DNA of 64,000 bases from an uncultured Candidatus Rokubacteria bacterium. GTDB lineage: Bacteria > Methylomirabilota > Methylomirabilia > Rokubacteriales > CSP1-6. The stretch is taken from NCBI GenBank assembly GCA_963747235.1, contig CAVVEU010000033.1, positions 64,001 to 128,000 of the forward strand, read 5' to 3'. Of the stretch, positions 24,174 to 35,296 are shown piece after piece. A model generated the notes under the pieces. That model saw nothing but the letters and a program-made list of their open reading frames with translations. It searched no databases and was not told the DNA's origin. The position numbers and the translations under genes were made by a program. The number at the start of each line of letters is the position of its first letter. Within the stretch, counting starts at the first letter, position 1.

Positions 24174-24301
24174 TGGCGGGCGGGCGACTCGCCGGCAAGG
24201 TGGACGACGTGGCCTACTGCGCGATCGTCCTGGCCTCCGACGAGGCCGGCTATCTCACCGGCCAGATCCTCCACCCGAGCGGCGGCTGGGTGTCGGGATG
24301 A
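24173..24301 (+). pseudogene. Internally deleted SDR remnant (42 aa)
   Basis: MAGGRLAGKV joined directly to DDVAYCAIVLASDEAGYLTGQILHPSGGW, i.e. the two termini of an SDR. Confidence 0.7.
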
Positions 24302-25200
24302 GCCCGATGCGCTATCCGTGGCCTTCGGGCAAGACGTCCGCCGCGGTCCTCTCGTTCGACTTCGACGCGGAGTCCGGCTTCCTCTTCCGCGAGCCCGAGA
24401 AGGCCCGGCGCAGCCTCGGCGACCTGGAAGAGCGCCGCTTCGGGCCCCGGGTGGGCGTGGACCGGATCCTGCGCCTGCTGGATCGCCTCAAGCTCCGGGC
24501 CACCTTCTTCATCCCGGGCTGGACGGTCGAGCACCACTTCGAGCCGTGCCGGCGGATCCGCGACGCGGGCCACGAGATCGGGGCCCACGGCAACATGCAC
24601 GAGGCGCTCGGCTTCCTCGACGAGGAGCAGGAGGACCGCGTGATGCGCGAGCAGCTCGAGATCCTGGCCTCGCGTCTGGGCGTGCGGCCGGCCGGCTACC
24701 GCTCGCCCTCCTGGGACGTGAACGTCTGGACGCCCGACCTGCTCAAGCGCCACGGCTTCCTCTACGACAGCTCGCTGATGGGCAACGACGTCCCGTACGA
24801 CGTGCCGACCTCCCAGGGGCCGCTCACCGAGGTGCCGGTGCAGTGGCTGCTCGACGACGCGCCGCTCTTCCGCCACGTCTACGGCGCCAGCAACGCGATC
24901 GCCGATCCGGGCCGCGTGCTCCAGATGTGGAGCAAGGAGTTCGCGGCGATGCACCCGGAGAACGGCTGCTTCGTGCTGACCTGCCACCCCTTCGTGAGCG
25001 GGCGCGCCTCCCGCATCGCGCTGCTGGAGGACCTGGTGACGTTCATGCGCCGCGCCCGTGGGGTGTGGTTCACGACCTGCGAGGAGGTCGCCCGCTGGCA
25101 CGCGAGCGGGCCGGCCCCGGCGACGGAGCGGCCGCGCGTTACCCGCCGGGCTTCGGCTTCGGGGGCTCGCTCGGCCGCACGCGGACGGCGGTCCCGCTGA
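24298..25200 (+). CDS. Polysaccharide deacetylase/PuuE-like protein (paralog 2)
   Basis: WPSGKTSAAVLSFDFD, FGPRVGVDRIL, HEIGAHGNMHE, GYRSPSW, YDSSLM, CHPFVSGR. Confidence 0.88.
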   Translation: MSPMRYPWPSGKTSAAVLSFDFDAESGFLFREPEKARRSLGDLEERRFGPRVGVDRILRLLDRLKLRATFFIPGWTVEHHFEPCRRIRDAGHEIGAHGNMHEALGFLDEEQEDRVMREQLEILASRLGVRPAGYRSPSWDVNVWTPDLLKRHGFLYDSSLMGNDVPYDVPTSQGPLTEVPVQWLLDDAPLFRHVYGASNAIADPGRVLQMWSKEFAAMHPENGCFVLTCHPFVSGRASRIALLEDLVTFMRRARGVWFTTCEEVARWHASGPAPATERPRVTRRASASGARSAARGRRSR

Positions 25201-26290
25201 CCAGCGAGTCGGCGGGGTCGAGGATGACCGCGTCGCTGGGCTGCAGGCCCTCCACGACCTCGACGCTCTTGCCGTAGTCGCGGCCGATCTTCACCGGGAC
25301 CAGCTCGGCGCGGCCGTCACGCACCACCGCGACGCTGAGGCCCTCGGCGCGGAAGAGCAGCGTGTTGGCCGGGATGGTCAGGCCGCGCGTCTCGCGGCCC
25401 ACGCGCAGGCGCACCACCACGTAGGCGCCGGGCAGCACCTCGCCGGTGGGGTTGTCCATCTCCACCTCGCTCAGCATGGTGCGGGCGGAGGGGTCGAGCG
25501 CGCTGGACGTCCGCGCCAGCGTGCCCCGGTAGACCCGGCCCGGCGTCTCCTCGAGCGTGATCGCGGTCGGGGTGCCCGGACGCGCGGCCTGCGCGTAGGT
25601 CTGGGGCACCGAGATGAAGACGCGCAGCTTGTTGATCGCGGCCAGCCGGAACAGCTCGCGCGCCTGGCCACCCGTGCCCGCGTCGATCAGCGCGCCGATG
25701 TCGGTGTTGCGGGCGGTGATGACGCCGTCGAAGGGGGCGGTGATCTTCTGGAAGCCCTGGAGGTCCTCCAGCCGCCTCACGTTGGCCGCGCTCGCGTCGA
25801 CCATCGCCCGGCGCGCGCGGTAGTCGCTGACCTTCTCGTCGGTCTCCTGGCGGGACACCGCGTCGCGCTTGAGCAGGGACTCCCAGCGATCCGCGGTGGT
25901 CTTCGACATGTCCATGGTGGCCCGCGACGTCTCGAGGTCGGCCCGGGCCTGGCGGAGCTGCTGGTCCAGCTCGGGAGTCTCGATCTCGGCGAGGACCTGG
26001 CCGGCCGTCACGCGCGAGCCGATGTCGACGTGCCACTTCTTGAGGTAGCCGCTGGCCCGCGCGTAGATCGGCGCGTCGGTGAACGCGCGCACGGTGCCGG
26101 GGAGCACCAGCTCGTCGGTCGGCGACGAGGCCGAGGGGTTGACGACCGCGACGGTGGGCGTGGCCGCGGCCTCGGTCGCCCGCTTGAGCGCGGCGTCGGC
26201 CCCGTGGCGGCCGTGGAGTCCGGCGTAGATCGCGAGGCCCAGCGCGAGGGCCGCCACCACCAGCACCCACATCCCACGCGCGCCCCTCAT
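25139..26290 (-). CDS. RND efflux periplasmic adaptor (MFP); in frame with the upstream permease in this assembly
   Basis: IYARASGYLKKWHVDIG, ITAPFDGVITARN, IPANTLLFR. Confidence 0.88.
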   Translation of the reverse strand: MRGARGMWVLVVAALALGLAIYAGLHGRHGADAALKRATEAAATPTVAVVNPSASSPTDELVLPGTVRAFTDAPIYARASGYLKKWHVDIGSRVTAGQVLAEIETPELDQQLRQARADLETSRATMDMSKTTADRWESLLKRDAVSRQETDEKVSDYRARRAMVDASAANVRRLEDLQGFQKITAPFDGVITARNTDIGALIDAGTGGQARELFRLAAINKLRVFISVPQTYAQAARPGTPTAITLEETPGRVYRGTLARTSSALDPSARTMLSEVEMDNPTGEVLPGAYVVVRLRVGRETRGLTIPANTLLFRAEGLSVAVVRDGRAELVPVKIGRDYGKSVEVVEGLQPSDAVILDPADSLVSGTAVRVRPSEPPKPKPGG

Positions 26291-29200
26291 GCCGGCGCGC
26301 ACCGCCTCCGAGGGACGGCGCCGCCCGTGGAGGAGGCTGAAGACCGCCGGGACGAGGACGAGGGTGGCGATGGTCGCGCAGATGAGGCCGCCGATGACCG
26401 CGCGGCCGAGGGGCGCGTTCTGCTCGCCGCCCTCGCCGAGGCCCAGGGCCATCGGGATCATGCCGATGATCATGGCGAGCGCGGTCATGAGCACCGGCCG
26501 GAACCGCGTGACGCCCGCCTCGATGGCGGCCTCCCGCGCGTCGCCGTGCTCGCCCAGGCGCTCCTTGGCGAAGGACACCACCAGGATGCTGTTGGCGGTC
26601 CCCACCCCCATGCACATGATGGCGCCCATCAGGGCCGGCACGCTGAGCGTGGTGTTGGTGAGGAAGAGGAACACGATGATGCCGGCGAGGGCGGCGGGCA
26701 GCGCGGTGATGATGATGAAGGGATCGAGCCAGGACTGGAAGTTCACGACGATCAGAAGATAGACGAGGATGATCGCGAAGGCGAGCCCGCCCAGGAGGCC
26801 CACGTAGGCGGTGCGCATGGTCTCGACCTGCCCGCGCAGGGTCACGAAGCTGCCCCGCGGCAGGTGGGGGCGATTGGCGTCGACGATCCGCTCGATGTCG
26901 CGGCCGACCGCGCCGAGGTCCCGGTCCTGCACCGAGCCGTAGATGTCCACCACGCGGCGGGTGTTGTAGTGGGAGATCACCGCCATGCCGGTGGTCCGCG
27001 AGATCGTCGCCACGTCGCCCAGGATCTGCGGCCGGCTCGTGGTCGACCCGCTGATCGGGACGTTCTGGAGATCCTGGAGCGATTGAACCGAGTACTGCGG
27101 CGCCTGGGTGACCAGGTTGTAGGTCACCCCGTTCTGCCAGTTGAGGAACTGGACCGGATTGGTCTGCCCGCTCCCGCTGAGGGTCAGCAGCATGCTGTTG
27201 GCCACGTCGCGCGGCGTGAAGCCGGCCCCCGCCGCCTTGGTGCGATCCACGCTCACCTGGAAGTTCGGGTAGTCGAAGTTCTGCTGGATGCGCAGGTCGG
27301 TGAGCCCGGGCACGCGCCGCAGCTCGGCCAGGATCCGGTTCGCCACCTGCCGGTTGCCCTCGATGTCGTTGCCCTCGATCTGCACGTCGATCGGGGCGGG
27401 CAGACCGAAGTTCAGGATCTGGGTCACGATGTCGGCGGGCACGAAGTAGAAGGCGACGCCGGGGAACTCCTGGGGCAGCCGGGCCCGCAGGCTGCGGACG
27501 TGATCCGCGGTCGGCCGATGCCCTCGGTTGAGGGTGACCAGGATGTCCGCGTCGGCGGTGCCGATGAAGCCGGAGCGGCTGTACATGTAGTTGATGGTCG
27601 AGTAGGGCAGCCCGATGTTGTCGATCACGTTGTCGAGCTCGCCCGCCGGGATCTCGCGACGGATCGACGCTTCCACCAGGTCGGCGAGCCGGGCCGTCTC
27701 CTCGATGCGGGTCCCGGTCTTGGCCCGCAGGTGCAGGATGAACTGGCCGTTGTCGGTGGCCGGGAAGAAGTTCTCGCCGAGCCAGGGCAGCAGCAGCCAC
27801 GCGCACAGGCAGGCCGCGAGGAAGGCGGCGACGAAGCTCCCCTGTCGCGAGATGAGCCGGGTGAGCAGGACCCGGTAGGCCGCGCGCGCCCGCTCGAAGC
27901 CGCGCTCGAACCCGCGTTGCAGCAGCGCAAAGGGGTTCCGGGTGGGGGCCGGGTGGTGGGCCCGCGGCCGCAGCAGGTACATGGCGAGGGTGGGGACGAG
28001 CGTGCGCGAGAGCACGTAGGAGGCGAGCATCGCGAAGACCACCGCCTTGGCCAGCGGGACGAACAGATAGCGGGCCACCCCGCCGAGGAAGAACATGGGC
28101 AGGAAGACGATGCAGATGCAGAGCGTCGAGACGAGCGCGGGCACCGCGATCTGGGCCGCCCCGTCGAAGATGGCGTCGCGCAGCTCCCGGCCCTCCTCGA
28201 GGTAGCGCTCGATGTTCTCGATGGTCACGGTGGCGTCGTCCACCAGGATGCCCACCGCCAGGGCGAGGCCGCCCAGGGTCATGATGTTGATGGTCTCGCC
28301 CAGGAAGCTCAGCGTGATGACCGAGGTCAGGATCGACAGCGGGATCGAGACCGCGATGATCAGGGTGCTGCGCCAGCTCCCCAGGAAGAGCAGGATCATC
28401 GCGGCGGTGAGGCACGCCGCGATGATGGCCTCGTGGATGACCCCGGAGATCGCCCCCCGCACGAAGATCGACTGGTCCGCGATCAGATCGACCTTGAGCT
28501 CGGGGGGCAGGGTGGTGGCCACCCGCGGCAGCGCGGCCCGGATATTGTCGACCACCTCGAGGGTGGAGGCGTCCCCGGCCTTGAGCACGGTGAGGAGGGT
28601 GCCGCGCCGGCCGTCGCGCCGCACGATGTTGGTCTGCACGCTGAAGCCGTCGCGCACGTTGGCCACATCTCGAAGATAGATCGTCGCGTTGTTCACCACC
28701 TTGATCGGCAGGTCGGCCAGCTCCGGCACCGTGCGGGGCGCCGCGTTCATGTTCACGTAGTACTCGAACTGGCCGATCTTGGCGGTGCCGGAGGGCAGGA
28801 TCAGGTTCTGCAGGTTGATCGTGCTCACCACGTCGGCGGGGGCCAGCCCCTTGGCCTGCAGCATGCGGGTGTTGAGGTCCACCATGACCTGGCGCTGCTT
28901 GCCGCCGAACGGCCACGGGATCGCCACCCCGCGGATCGTCACGAGCTGCGGCCGCAGGAAGTTGACGCCCAGGTCGAAGAGCTGCTGCTCGGCGAGTCCT
29001 TCCCCCGACAGGGCGAGCTGGAGGATCGGCACGCTCGAGGCGCTGAAGTTGATGATCAACGGCGGCCCGATGCCGGGTGGGTACTGACGGAGCACGGTCT
29101 GGGAGATCGCGGCGATCTGGGCGTTGGCGGTGTCGAGGCTCGCGCCGGGCTGCAGGTAGACCTTGATGATCGCCTGCCCGTTGATGGTGGTGGACTCGAT

Positions 29201-29440
29201 GCGCTGGATATTGTCCACCGTGGTCGTGAGCACGCGCTCGTAGGAGGTGGTGATCCGGCCCTCCAGCTCCTCGGTGTTCAGACCGCTGTACTGCCAGGCC
29301 ACCGCGATGACCGGGATGTTGATCGCGGGGAAGATGTCGGTGGGCGTGCGGGCGATCATCACCGGGCTCACGATCAGGATCAGGAGCGCGAGGACGATGA
29401 AGGTGTAGGGCCGGTCGAGCGCGATCCGGACGATCCACAT
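26287..29440 (-). CDS. RND efflux permease (AcrB/CusA family)
   Basis: DIFPAINIP, NIMTLGGLALAVGILVDDA, RFRPVLMT, APLGRAVIGG. Confidence 0.93.
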
Positions 29441-29452
29441 GAGCGGCCGCCC

Positions 29453-30701
29453 CTACCCGGTGACCGCGCGCCGCCCGGTCTCGCGCACGAGACGGCGGTC
29501 CGCCTCCGGCGTCGCGGCGGGCGGGATCTCTAGCACCAGATCCTGGGTGTGGGTGGGGATCACCTTCCCCTCCGGCCAGTGCGTGCCCCAGGGATCCTGG
29601 CCCGCCGCCACCGCGCGGATGCCGTCGCGCACGATGCGGCGGAGCATGATCACGCCGCGGTCCGTCGAGGCGAGATGCTCGACCGCGTGTACCGCGATCG
29701 GGCGCTGGCTCGATTGCGCATCGTAGTCGGCGGGGAAGCGCTGGCGCGCGTCGTAGGGCCGGTCCTCGGATTGCCCGAAGCCGGGCCGCGCGACCTGCTC
29801 GGGCGTGAGGCCCCACGCGGGATCCACCTGGGCCAGCTCGAAGTTCGTGGTGTGCGTGTCGTCGTTGGGCACCGCCCAGCGAATGATCACCGGCCGGCTC
29901 ACCGCCTTGGGCGCGGCGGCCTCCTCGATCTCGCGCGTGAACTGGTGCACGTTCGGCGGCATGAAGTCACAGACGCGCACCCAGATCAGATCATGCACGC
30001 GCCGGGTCGCGATGTAGACCATGCCCGCGTCGGTGGTCACCCAGTCGAGCTCGGGCACCACGCCGAAGGCTTCGGTGAACTGATAGCCGCTCGAGAGCGC
30101 GTGCAGGAACGCGGTGTGCACCGGGTCCATGCTGTTGTCCTTCACCTGGAGCCAGTTGCACGGCAGCGTGAACTCGGCCGCGGGCATGAGCGTGTGGCCC
30201 AGCACATCGAACGAGTCGTAGTGCGGGAAACGCGGGCACCCGGTCGGGCGGCCCCAGATACGCGAAGACGAGCCCGCAGAGCTCGCGCGTGGGATACGCG
30301 CCCTGCCACACGCGCTCGCACAGGCGGCTGCCCGCGGGCTCGCCCGGCGTCTCGAGGCAGCGCCCGTCCACGTCGTACACCCAGCCGTGGTAGCAGCAGC
30401 GCAGGCCGCGCTCGAGCGGAATGGCGAACTCGAGCGACGTGCCGCGATGCGCGCAGTGCAGGTGGAGCACGCCGAGGCGCCCGCCGCGATCGCGGAAGAC
30501 CACGAGATCCTCGCCCAGGATGCGCACGCGGCGCGGCGGGCCGTCCAGATCGCGCGTGAAGGCCACCGGCTGCCAGAAGCGCCGCAGGTATTCGCCGCCG
30601 GGCGTGCCGGGACCGACCTGGGTGAGCTCCGGATCCGGGACCGGCGTCGCCCGGCGCGCGTATCCGTCGAACGGGCTGCCGGGCGCGGGCTCCGAGGCCA
30701 T
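29453..30701 (-). CDS. Rieske aromatic-ring oxygenase alpha subunit (phthalate dioxygenase-like); frameshift near 30225
   Basis: GTPGGEYLRRFWQPV, CAHRG..CCYHGW, NSMDPVHTAFLH. Confidence 0.9.
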
Positions 30702-30861
30702 GAGTGCCGCCCAGCATGGGGCCGGTCGGGCGGCGCGTCAAGGGTCCGCAGCAATCTCCGGGCCATGCAACTTCTTCGCGGTGTGCAAATCTCCCATGGT
30801 GGGTGGGGAGGTACTCAGAGAGGGGTTTTGGAACCCCATGTCACCCTGAAAACACAATACA

Positions 30862-30894
30862 TATCAAATAGTTATTATTGGAATGGGGCTTGCT
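30862..30894 (+). promoter_or_regulatory. IHF site plus sigma54 (-24/-12) promoter
   Basis: TATCAAATAGTTA fits WATCAANNNNTTR; TGGAATGGGGCTTGCT has GG-N10-GC; lies in an AT-rich patch. Confidence 0.7.
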
Positions 30895-30907
30895 GTTCTA
30901 GCCCGCC

Positions 30908-32170
30908 ATGGCTAGAACAACGTGGACCTTCGTGACCGGCAGCGCCCTTCTCCTGGCCGGCTGTCTGGCCCTCGCCGGACCGGCCCGAGCCGAGATCGCC
31001 CCCCCCACCTCGATGGCCGTGGATCCGACCCCGATGGAGCCCGTCGGGTTGATCCAGGTGGCCTGGCCCGTGTCCCAGGAAGCCCTGGCCGACACCTTCG
31101 GCCAGCCCATCCAAGCCCGCGAGATCCAGGTGACTCCGGTCGTCGTGAACCTGGCCTTGGTGACCGAGCCGACCCCGGCACTCGCCCGCCCGGCCCCGGC
31201 TCCCGCGTACCGGGTCCAGGTCAACGAGCAGGTCCGATTCTTCCTCGACAAGTTCCAGACCGGGTACCGCCGGGCGATCACCGAGGGCCGCCTGGCGCGA
31301 TCCGGCCGCTATCTGCCCATGATCCTGGACATCTTCAAGGAGAAGGGCCTGCCGGAAGAGCTGGTCTTCACCGCGATGATCGAGAGCGGCTTCAACCCGG
31401 TGGCCGTCTCCCGCGCCGGCGCCAAGGGTCTCTGGCAGTTCATGGCCCCGACCGCCCGCCTGTACGGCCTGCGCGTGGACCGCTGGACGGATGAGCGCCT
31501 CGACCCGGAGAAGTCCACGGTCGCGGCGGCCAACTATCTGCGGGACCTCTATACCGTCTTCGGCTCGTGGGACCTGGCCCAGGCGGCCTACAATGCCGGC
31601 GAGGTCCGGGTCCAGCGGGCGATCCAGGGCTCGGGCTCACGCGACTTCTGGGTGCTCCACCGTCGCAGCCCGCATCTGCTGCCGGAGACGAAGAACTTCG
31701 TGCCCGCGATCCACGCGGCGACCCTGATCGGCCGCCAGCCCGAGCAGTACGGCTTCACGGTGGTGCCGGAGGAGCCGGTGCGCTATGACGTCGTGACCGT
31801 GCCCAAGGGCAGCCGGCTCATGCGGCTGGCCGGGCTCTCGGGCGTCGCCCTCGCGGACCTCGAGCAGCTCAATCCGGAGCTCTGGCAGAAGCAGACCCCG
31901 CCCGATGCCCCCTACGAGCTCAAGATCCCGCTCGGCACCGCGACCGCGATGCAGGCCGCGGTCGAGCTGGAGACGGCGCCGCGGCGGGTGGCCCCCGGGA
32001 TCGCCCCGGCCCCGCGGGCGGGCGTCCACGTCGTCCAGGCGGGCGAATCGGTCTGGCGCATCGCCCGACAGTACGGCGTGTCCACGGCGCAGCTCGCGCG
32101 CTGGAACGGCCTCGACCGGCCGGACCGCATCTTCCCCGGCGAGCGCCTGCGCGTCGCCGCGTCGTCCTAG
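30908..32170 (+). CDS. Lytic transglycosylase with LysM domains (MltD-like)
   Basis: AMIESGF, GAKGLWQFM, AAYNAGE, ETKNFVP, C-terminal LysM HVVQAGESVWRIA. Confidence 0.92.
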   Translation: MARTTWTFVTGSALLLAGCLALAGPARAEIAPPTSMAVDPTPMEPVGLIQVAWPVSQEALADTFGQPIQAREIQVTPVVVNLALVTEPTPALARPAPAPAYRVQVNEQVRFFLDKFQTGYRRAITEGRLARSGRYLPMILDIFKEKGLPEELVFTAMIESGFNPVAVSRAGAKGLWQFMAPTARLYGLRVDRWTDERLDPEKSTVAAANYLRDLYTVFGSWDLAQAAYNAGEVRVQRAIQGSGSRDFWVLHRRSPHLLPETKNFVPAIHAATLIGRQPEQYGFTVVPEEPVRYDVVTVPKGSRLMRLAGLSGVALADLEQLNPELWQKQTPPDAPYELKIPLGTATAMQAAVELETAPRRVAPGIAPAPRAGVHVVQAGESVWRIARQYGVSTAQLARWNGLDRPDRIFPGERLRVAASS

Positions 32171-32262
32171 GCCCGGGTCCCGGGCCTCCGCCCGGTCGGC
32201 CGGCTTCCCGAGCCGGTTGACCGGGCGCGCCCGTCGTGGAGAATAGCGGCCCGGAGGACCTC

Positions 32263-33116
32263 ATGGGCCGACTGGACGGCAAGGTCGTGGTCGTCACCGG
32301 GGCGAGCCGAGGCATCGGCGCCGACATCGCCCGGCTCTTCGCATCCGAGGGTGGCCGCGTCGTCTGCGCCGCCCGCACGCTTCAGGAAGGCCAGCATCCC
32401 CTCGCCGGCTCGCTCGAGACCACGGTGACCGGCATCCGCGAGGCGGGCGGCGACGCCCACGCGATCGCCGCGAACATCGCGGAGCCCGCGGAGTGCGAGC
32501 GGCTGATCGAGGCGGCGCGCCTGCACTACGGCCCGGTAGACGTGCTGGTCAACAACGCGGCCCTGACCTACTACATCCCGGTGAAGGACTATCCGGTCGG
32601 CAAGTGGCTGCGCTCGTGGGCGGTGAACTTCCAGGCCCCGTTCATGCTGAGCCAGCTCGTGCTGCGGGACATGATCCTCCGCAAGAGCGGCGCCATCGTG
32701 AACATCTCCTCGGGCTCGGCGATCGGGCCCGGGCGCGGGCCCTATCCGGACACCGTCGGTGGGCGCACGCGGCGGCACCTGCTACGGAGCCGAGAAGGCG
32801 GCGCTCGAGCGCTTCACCCAGGGCCTGGCCTCGGAGGTGTTCCAGTACGGGATCTCGGTGACGTCGTCTCGCCCCGTCGCAGGTCGTGCCCACCCCCGGC
32901 ACCGTGTACCACCGGCTCGTGACCGGCCTCGACGACCCGCGCGGCGAGCCCCCGCTCCTGATGGCGCGGGCCGCGCTGCTGCTGGCCACCGAGCCGATCG
33001 AGCGGGTGAGCGGCCGCGTGACCTACAGCCAGCAGATCCTCCGCGAGTTCGGCTGGATCGAGACCGCCCGCGGCCGCGGCGTGGACACGCGCGGCAGCGG
33101 CTACTCGGAGATCTAG
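32263..33116 (+). CDS. SDR family oxidoreductase; two frameshifts
   Basis: VTGASRGIG, LVNNAA, IVNISS, YGAEK. Confidence 0.82.
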
Positions 33117-33119
33117 AAG

Positions 33120-34097
33120 TTGAAGCGGCGTGCATTCGTCACGCTGCTCGGCGGAACCGCGGCCCTGTGGCCGGCGGTGACGCGGGCCCAGGCCCGCCCG
33201 CGGGTCGGCTACCTCTCCGGCGGCCTCAAGGGCGATAACGAGGCGAACACGTCCGACATCCTGAAGGAGAGCCTGCGTGCGCTCGGCTGGCGCATCGGGG
33301 AGACCCTGGAGTTCGACGAGCGCTGGGCGAGCGGCAACTTCGCCAGCCTGCCCCGGCTCGCGAAGGAGCTCCTCGCTCGGCAGCCCGACGTTCTGGTCTC
33401 GACCGGCACGACCGAGACCCGGACGCTGCAGGTCCTGACCCGGACGATCCCGATCGTCTTCATGCAGCTCGCGGTCGATCCGGTGGCGGGCGGCTTCGTC
33501 ACGCACATCGCCCGCCCGGGCGGCAACATCACCGGCTTCATGCAGGGCCCGCACTTCCTCTGGGGCAAGCGGCTCGAGCTGCTGACCGAGCTGCTGGGCC
33601 GGCCGCCCCGTCGCCTGGCCTGGATCGGCAACCCGAAGAACACGGGCAGCGAGGCCAGCTGGGTCGACGCGAGGGATGCGGTGAGCAAGGTCGGGAGCGA
33701 GGTGATCCGGCTCGACGTCAGCACCGCGGGGGATCTGGACCGCGCCTTCGATACGGTGAAGGGCCGGGACGCGCTGCTCGTGCAGTACGACTTCCTGCTC
33801 GCGACCGAGAAGCTACGGGTCTCCGCGCTCGTGGCCCGCCAGCGGCTCCCCGCGATCTACGAGAACCGGACGCAGGTGCTCGCGGGCGGATTGATCTCTT
33901 ATGGGGGAGACCTGCGGGAGAACTATCGCCAGGGCGCCCAGTACGTACACCGGATCCTGAACAGGACCAGGCCCGACGATCTCCCGGTCGTGCAGGCGAG
34001 CCGCTTCGAGCTCGTGATCAACGTCAAGACCGCCCGAACGCTGGGCCTCACCGTCCCCGCCGCGCTGCTCGCGCGCGCGGACGAGATCGTCGAGTGA
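33120..34097 (+). CDS. Orphan ABC transporter substrate-binding protein (ABC_sub_bind type)
   Basis: KRRAFVTLLGG leader, DPVAGGF..ARPGGNITG, GGLISYG, DLPV.Q..RFELVINVKTA, LLARADEIVE. Confidence 0.88.
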   Translation: MKRRAFVTLLGGTAALWPAVTRAQARPRVGYLSGGLKGDNEANTSDILKESLRALGWRIGETLEFDERWASGNFASLPRLAKELLARQPDVLVSTGTTETRTLQVLTRTIPIVFMQLAVDPVAGGFVTHIARPGGNITGFMQGPHFLWGKRLELLTELLGRPPRRLAWIGNPKNTGSEASWVDARDAVSKVGSEVIRLDVSTAGDLDRAFDTVKGRDALLVQYDFLLATEKLRVSALVARQRLPAIYENRTQVLAGGLISYGGDLRENYRQGAQYVHRILNRTRPDDLPVVQASRFELVINVKTARTLGLTVPAALLARADEIVE

Positions 34098-34249
34098 AGC
34101 GCGCGCCGCGGTGACACGACGGTGCCGGCGCGCCGTGCGTCTCTGCCGGCCTCGCGAAGCCGAGGCGTGGCTCGCCGGGCTCGCGCCGGAGTGACTTGAC
34201 GACGGGCGCCCTCCGGCGCAAGATGCGCGGGCGGAGGGACCGGACCCCC

Positions 34250-35296
34250 ATGCATTTCGGGATCTTCCTGGAAGAGCGGCGCCGCGGCGTCAGCGAAGGC
34301 GCCACGCTGCGCGAGACGATCGAGCTGGCGGACGCGGCGGAGGCCGGCGGCCTCGACGGCGTCTGGCTCGGCGAGATCCACTTCAACGGCAACCGCTCGA
34401 TCCAGTCCGCCCCCCTCGCGCTCGCCAGCTTCATCGCCGCCCGCACCCGGCGCCTCCGCGTGGGCATCGCGGTGCAGGTGCTGCCGCTCGGCAATCCGCT
34501 GCGCATCGCCGAGGAAGCGGCCACCGTGGACCAGCTCAGCGAGGGGCGCCTCGACTTCGGCATCGGCCGCAGCGGCTCGGCGCGGACCTACGATCTCCTC
34601 GGGGTGCCCTACGGCGAGAGCCAGGCGCGCTTCCTCGAATCGCTCGAGGTCATCCGCCTCGCCTGGCAGGGCAAGCCGTTCAGCTACGACGGCAAGTTCT
34701 ACCGCGTGCGCGACGTCACGGTGTCCCCGACGCCGTACCAGGTGCCGCACCCGCCGCTCCGCATGGCCGCCAACTCGCCGGAGACCTTCCCCCAGGTCGC
34801 GCGCCTCGGCCTGCCGCTCTTCATCGGGCTGCGGGACCTGGACATCCCCCTGCTGCGCGGCCATCTCAAGACGTACCGGGACGCCTGGCGGGAGTCGGGA
34901 CAGACCGGCGAGGCGGACGTGTACCTGCGCATCCCGGTGTACGCGGCCCCGAACGAGGCGGCCGCGCGCGAGGAGCCGCGGGAGGCCATGACCTACTTCT
35001 TCCAGCGGCACATCGAGCTGATCCGCTCCGGCCTCGGCCGCGGGGACACCGGGCCGGGGGACCGCCGGCAGGTGATGGCGGAGCGGATCGCCACGATGCC
35101 GTACGACGAGCTGCTGAAGACGCGCGTCGCGTTCGGCACCGCGGCGTCCCTCCGAGAGCGCCTCGGCGAGATCGCGGAGGACCTGGGGCTCAGCGGCATC
35201 GTCGCCGAGCTGAACCCCAGCGGCCTCCTGTCCCTCGGTCAGATGCGGCGGACGCTCGACATCCTCACCCGCGAGGTGATCCCTACGTTCCGCTGA
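34250..35296 (+). CDS. Luciferase-like monooxygenase
   Basis: VWLGEIHF, NPLRIAEEAATVDQLSEGRLDFGIGR, PYQVPHPP. Confidence 0.9.
   Translation: MHFGIFLEERRRGVSEGATLRETIELADAAEAGGLDGVWLGEIHFNGNRSIQSAPLALASFIAARTRRLRVGIAVQVLPLGNPLRIAEEAATVDQLSEGRLDFGIGRSGSARTYDLLGVPYGESQARFLESLEVIRLAWQGKPFSYDGKFYRVRDVTVSPTPYQVPHPPLRMAANSPETFPQVARLGLPLFIGLRDLDIPLLRGHLKTYRDAWRESGQTGEADVYLRIPVYAAPNEAAAREEPREAMTYFFQRHIELIRSGLGRGDTGPGDRRQVMAERIATMPYDELLKTRVAFGTAASLRERLGEIAEDLGLSGIVAELNPSGLLSLGQMRRTLDILTREVIPTFR

Noticed and set aside
25058-29816. Giant 1491-aa and 1499-aa ORFs overlapping the RND genes
   Set aside because: Arg/Pro/Gly-rich antisense or alternate-frame shadows typical of high-GC DNA
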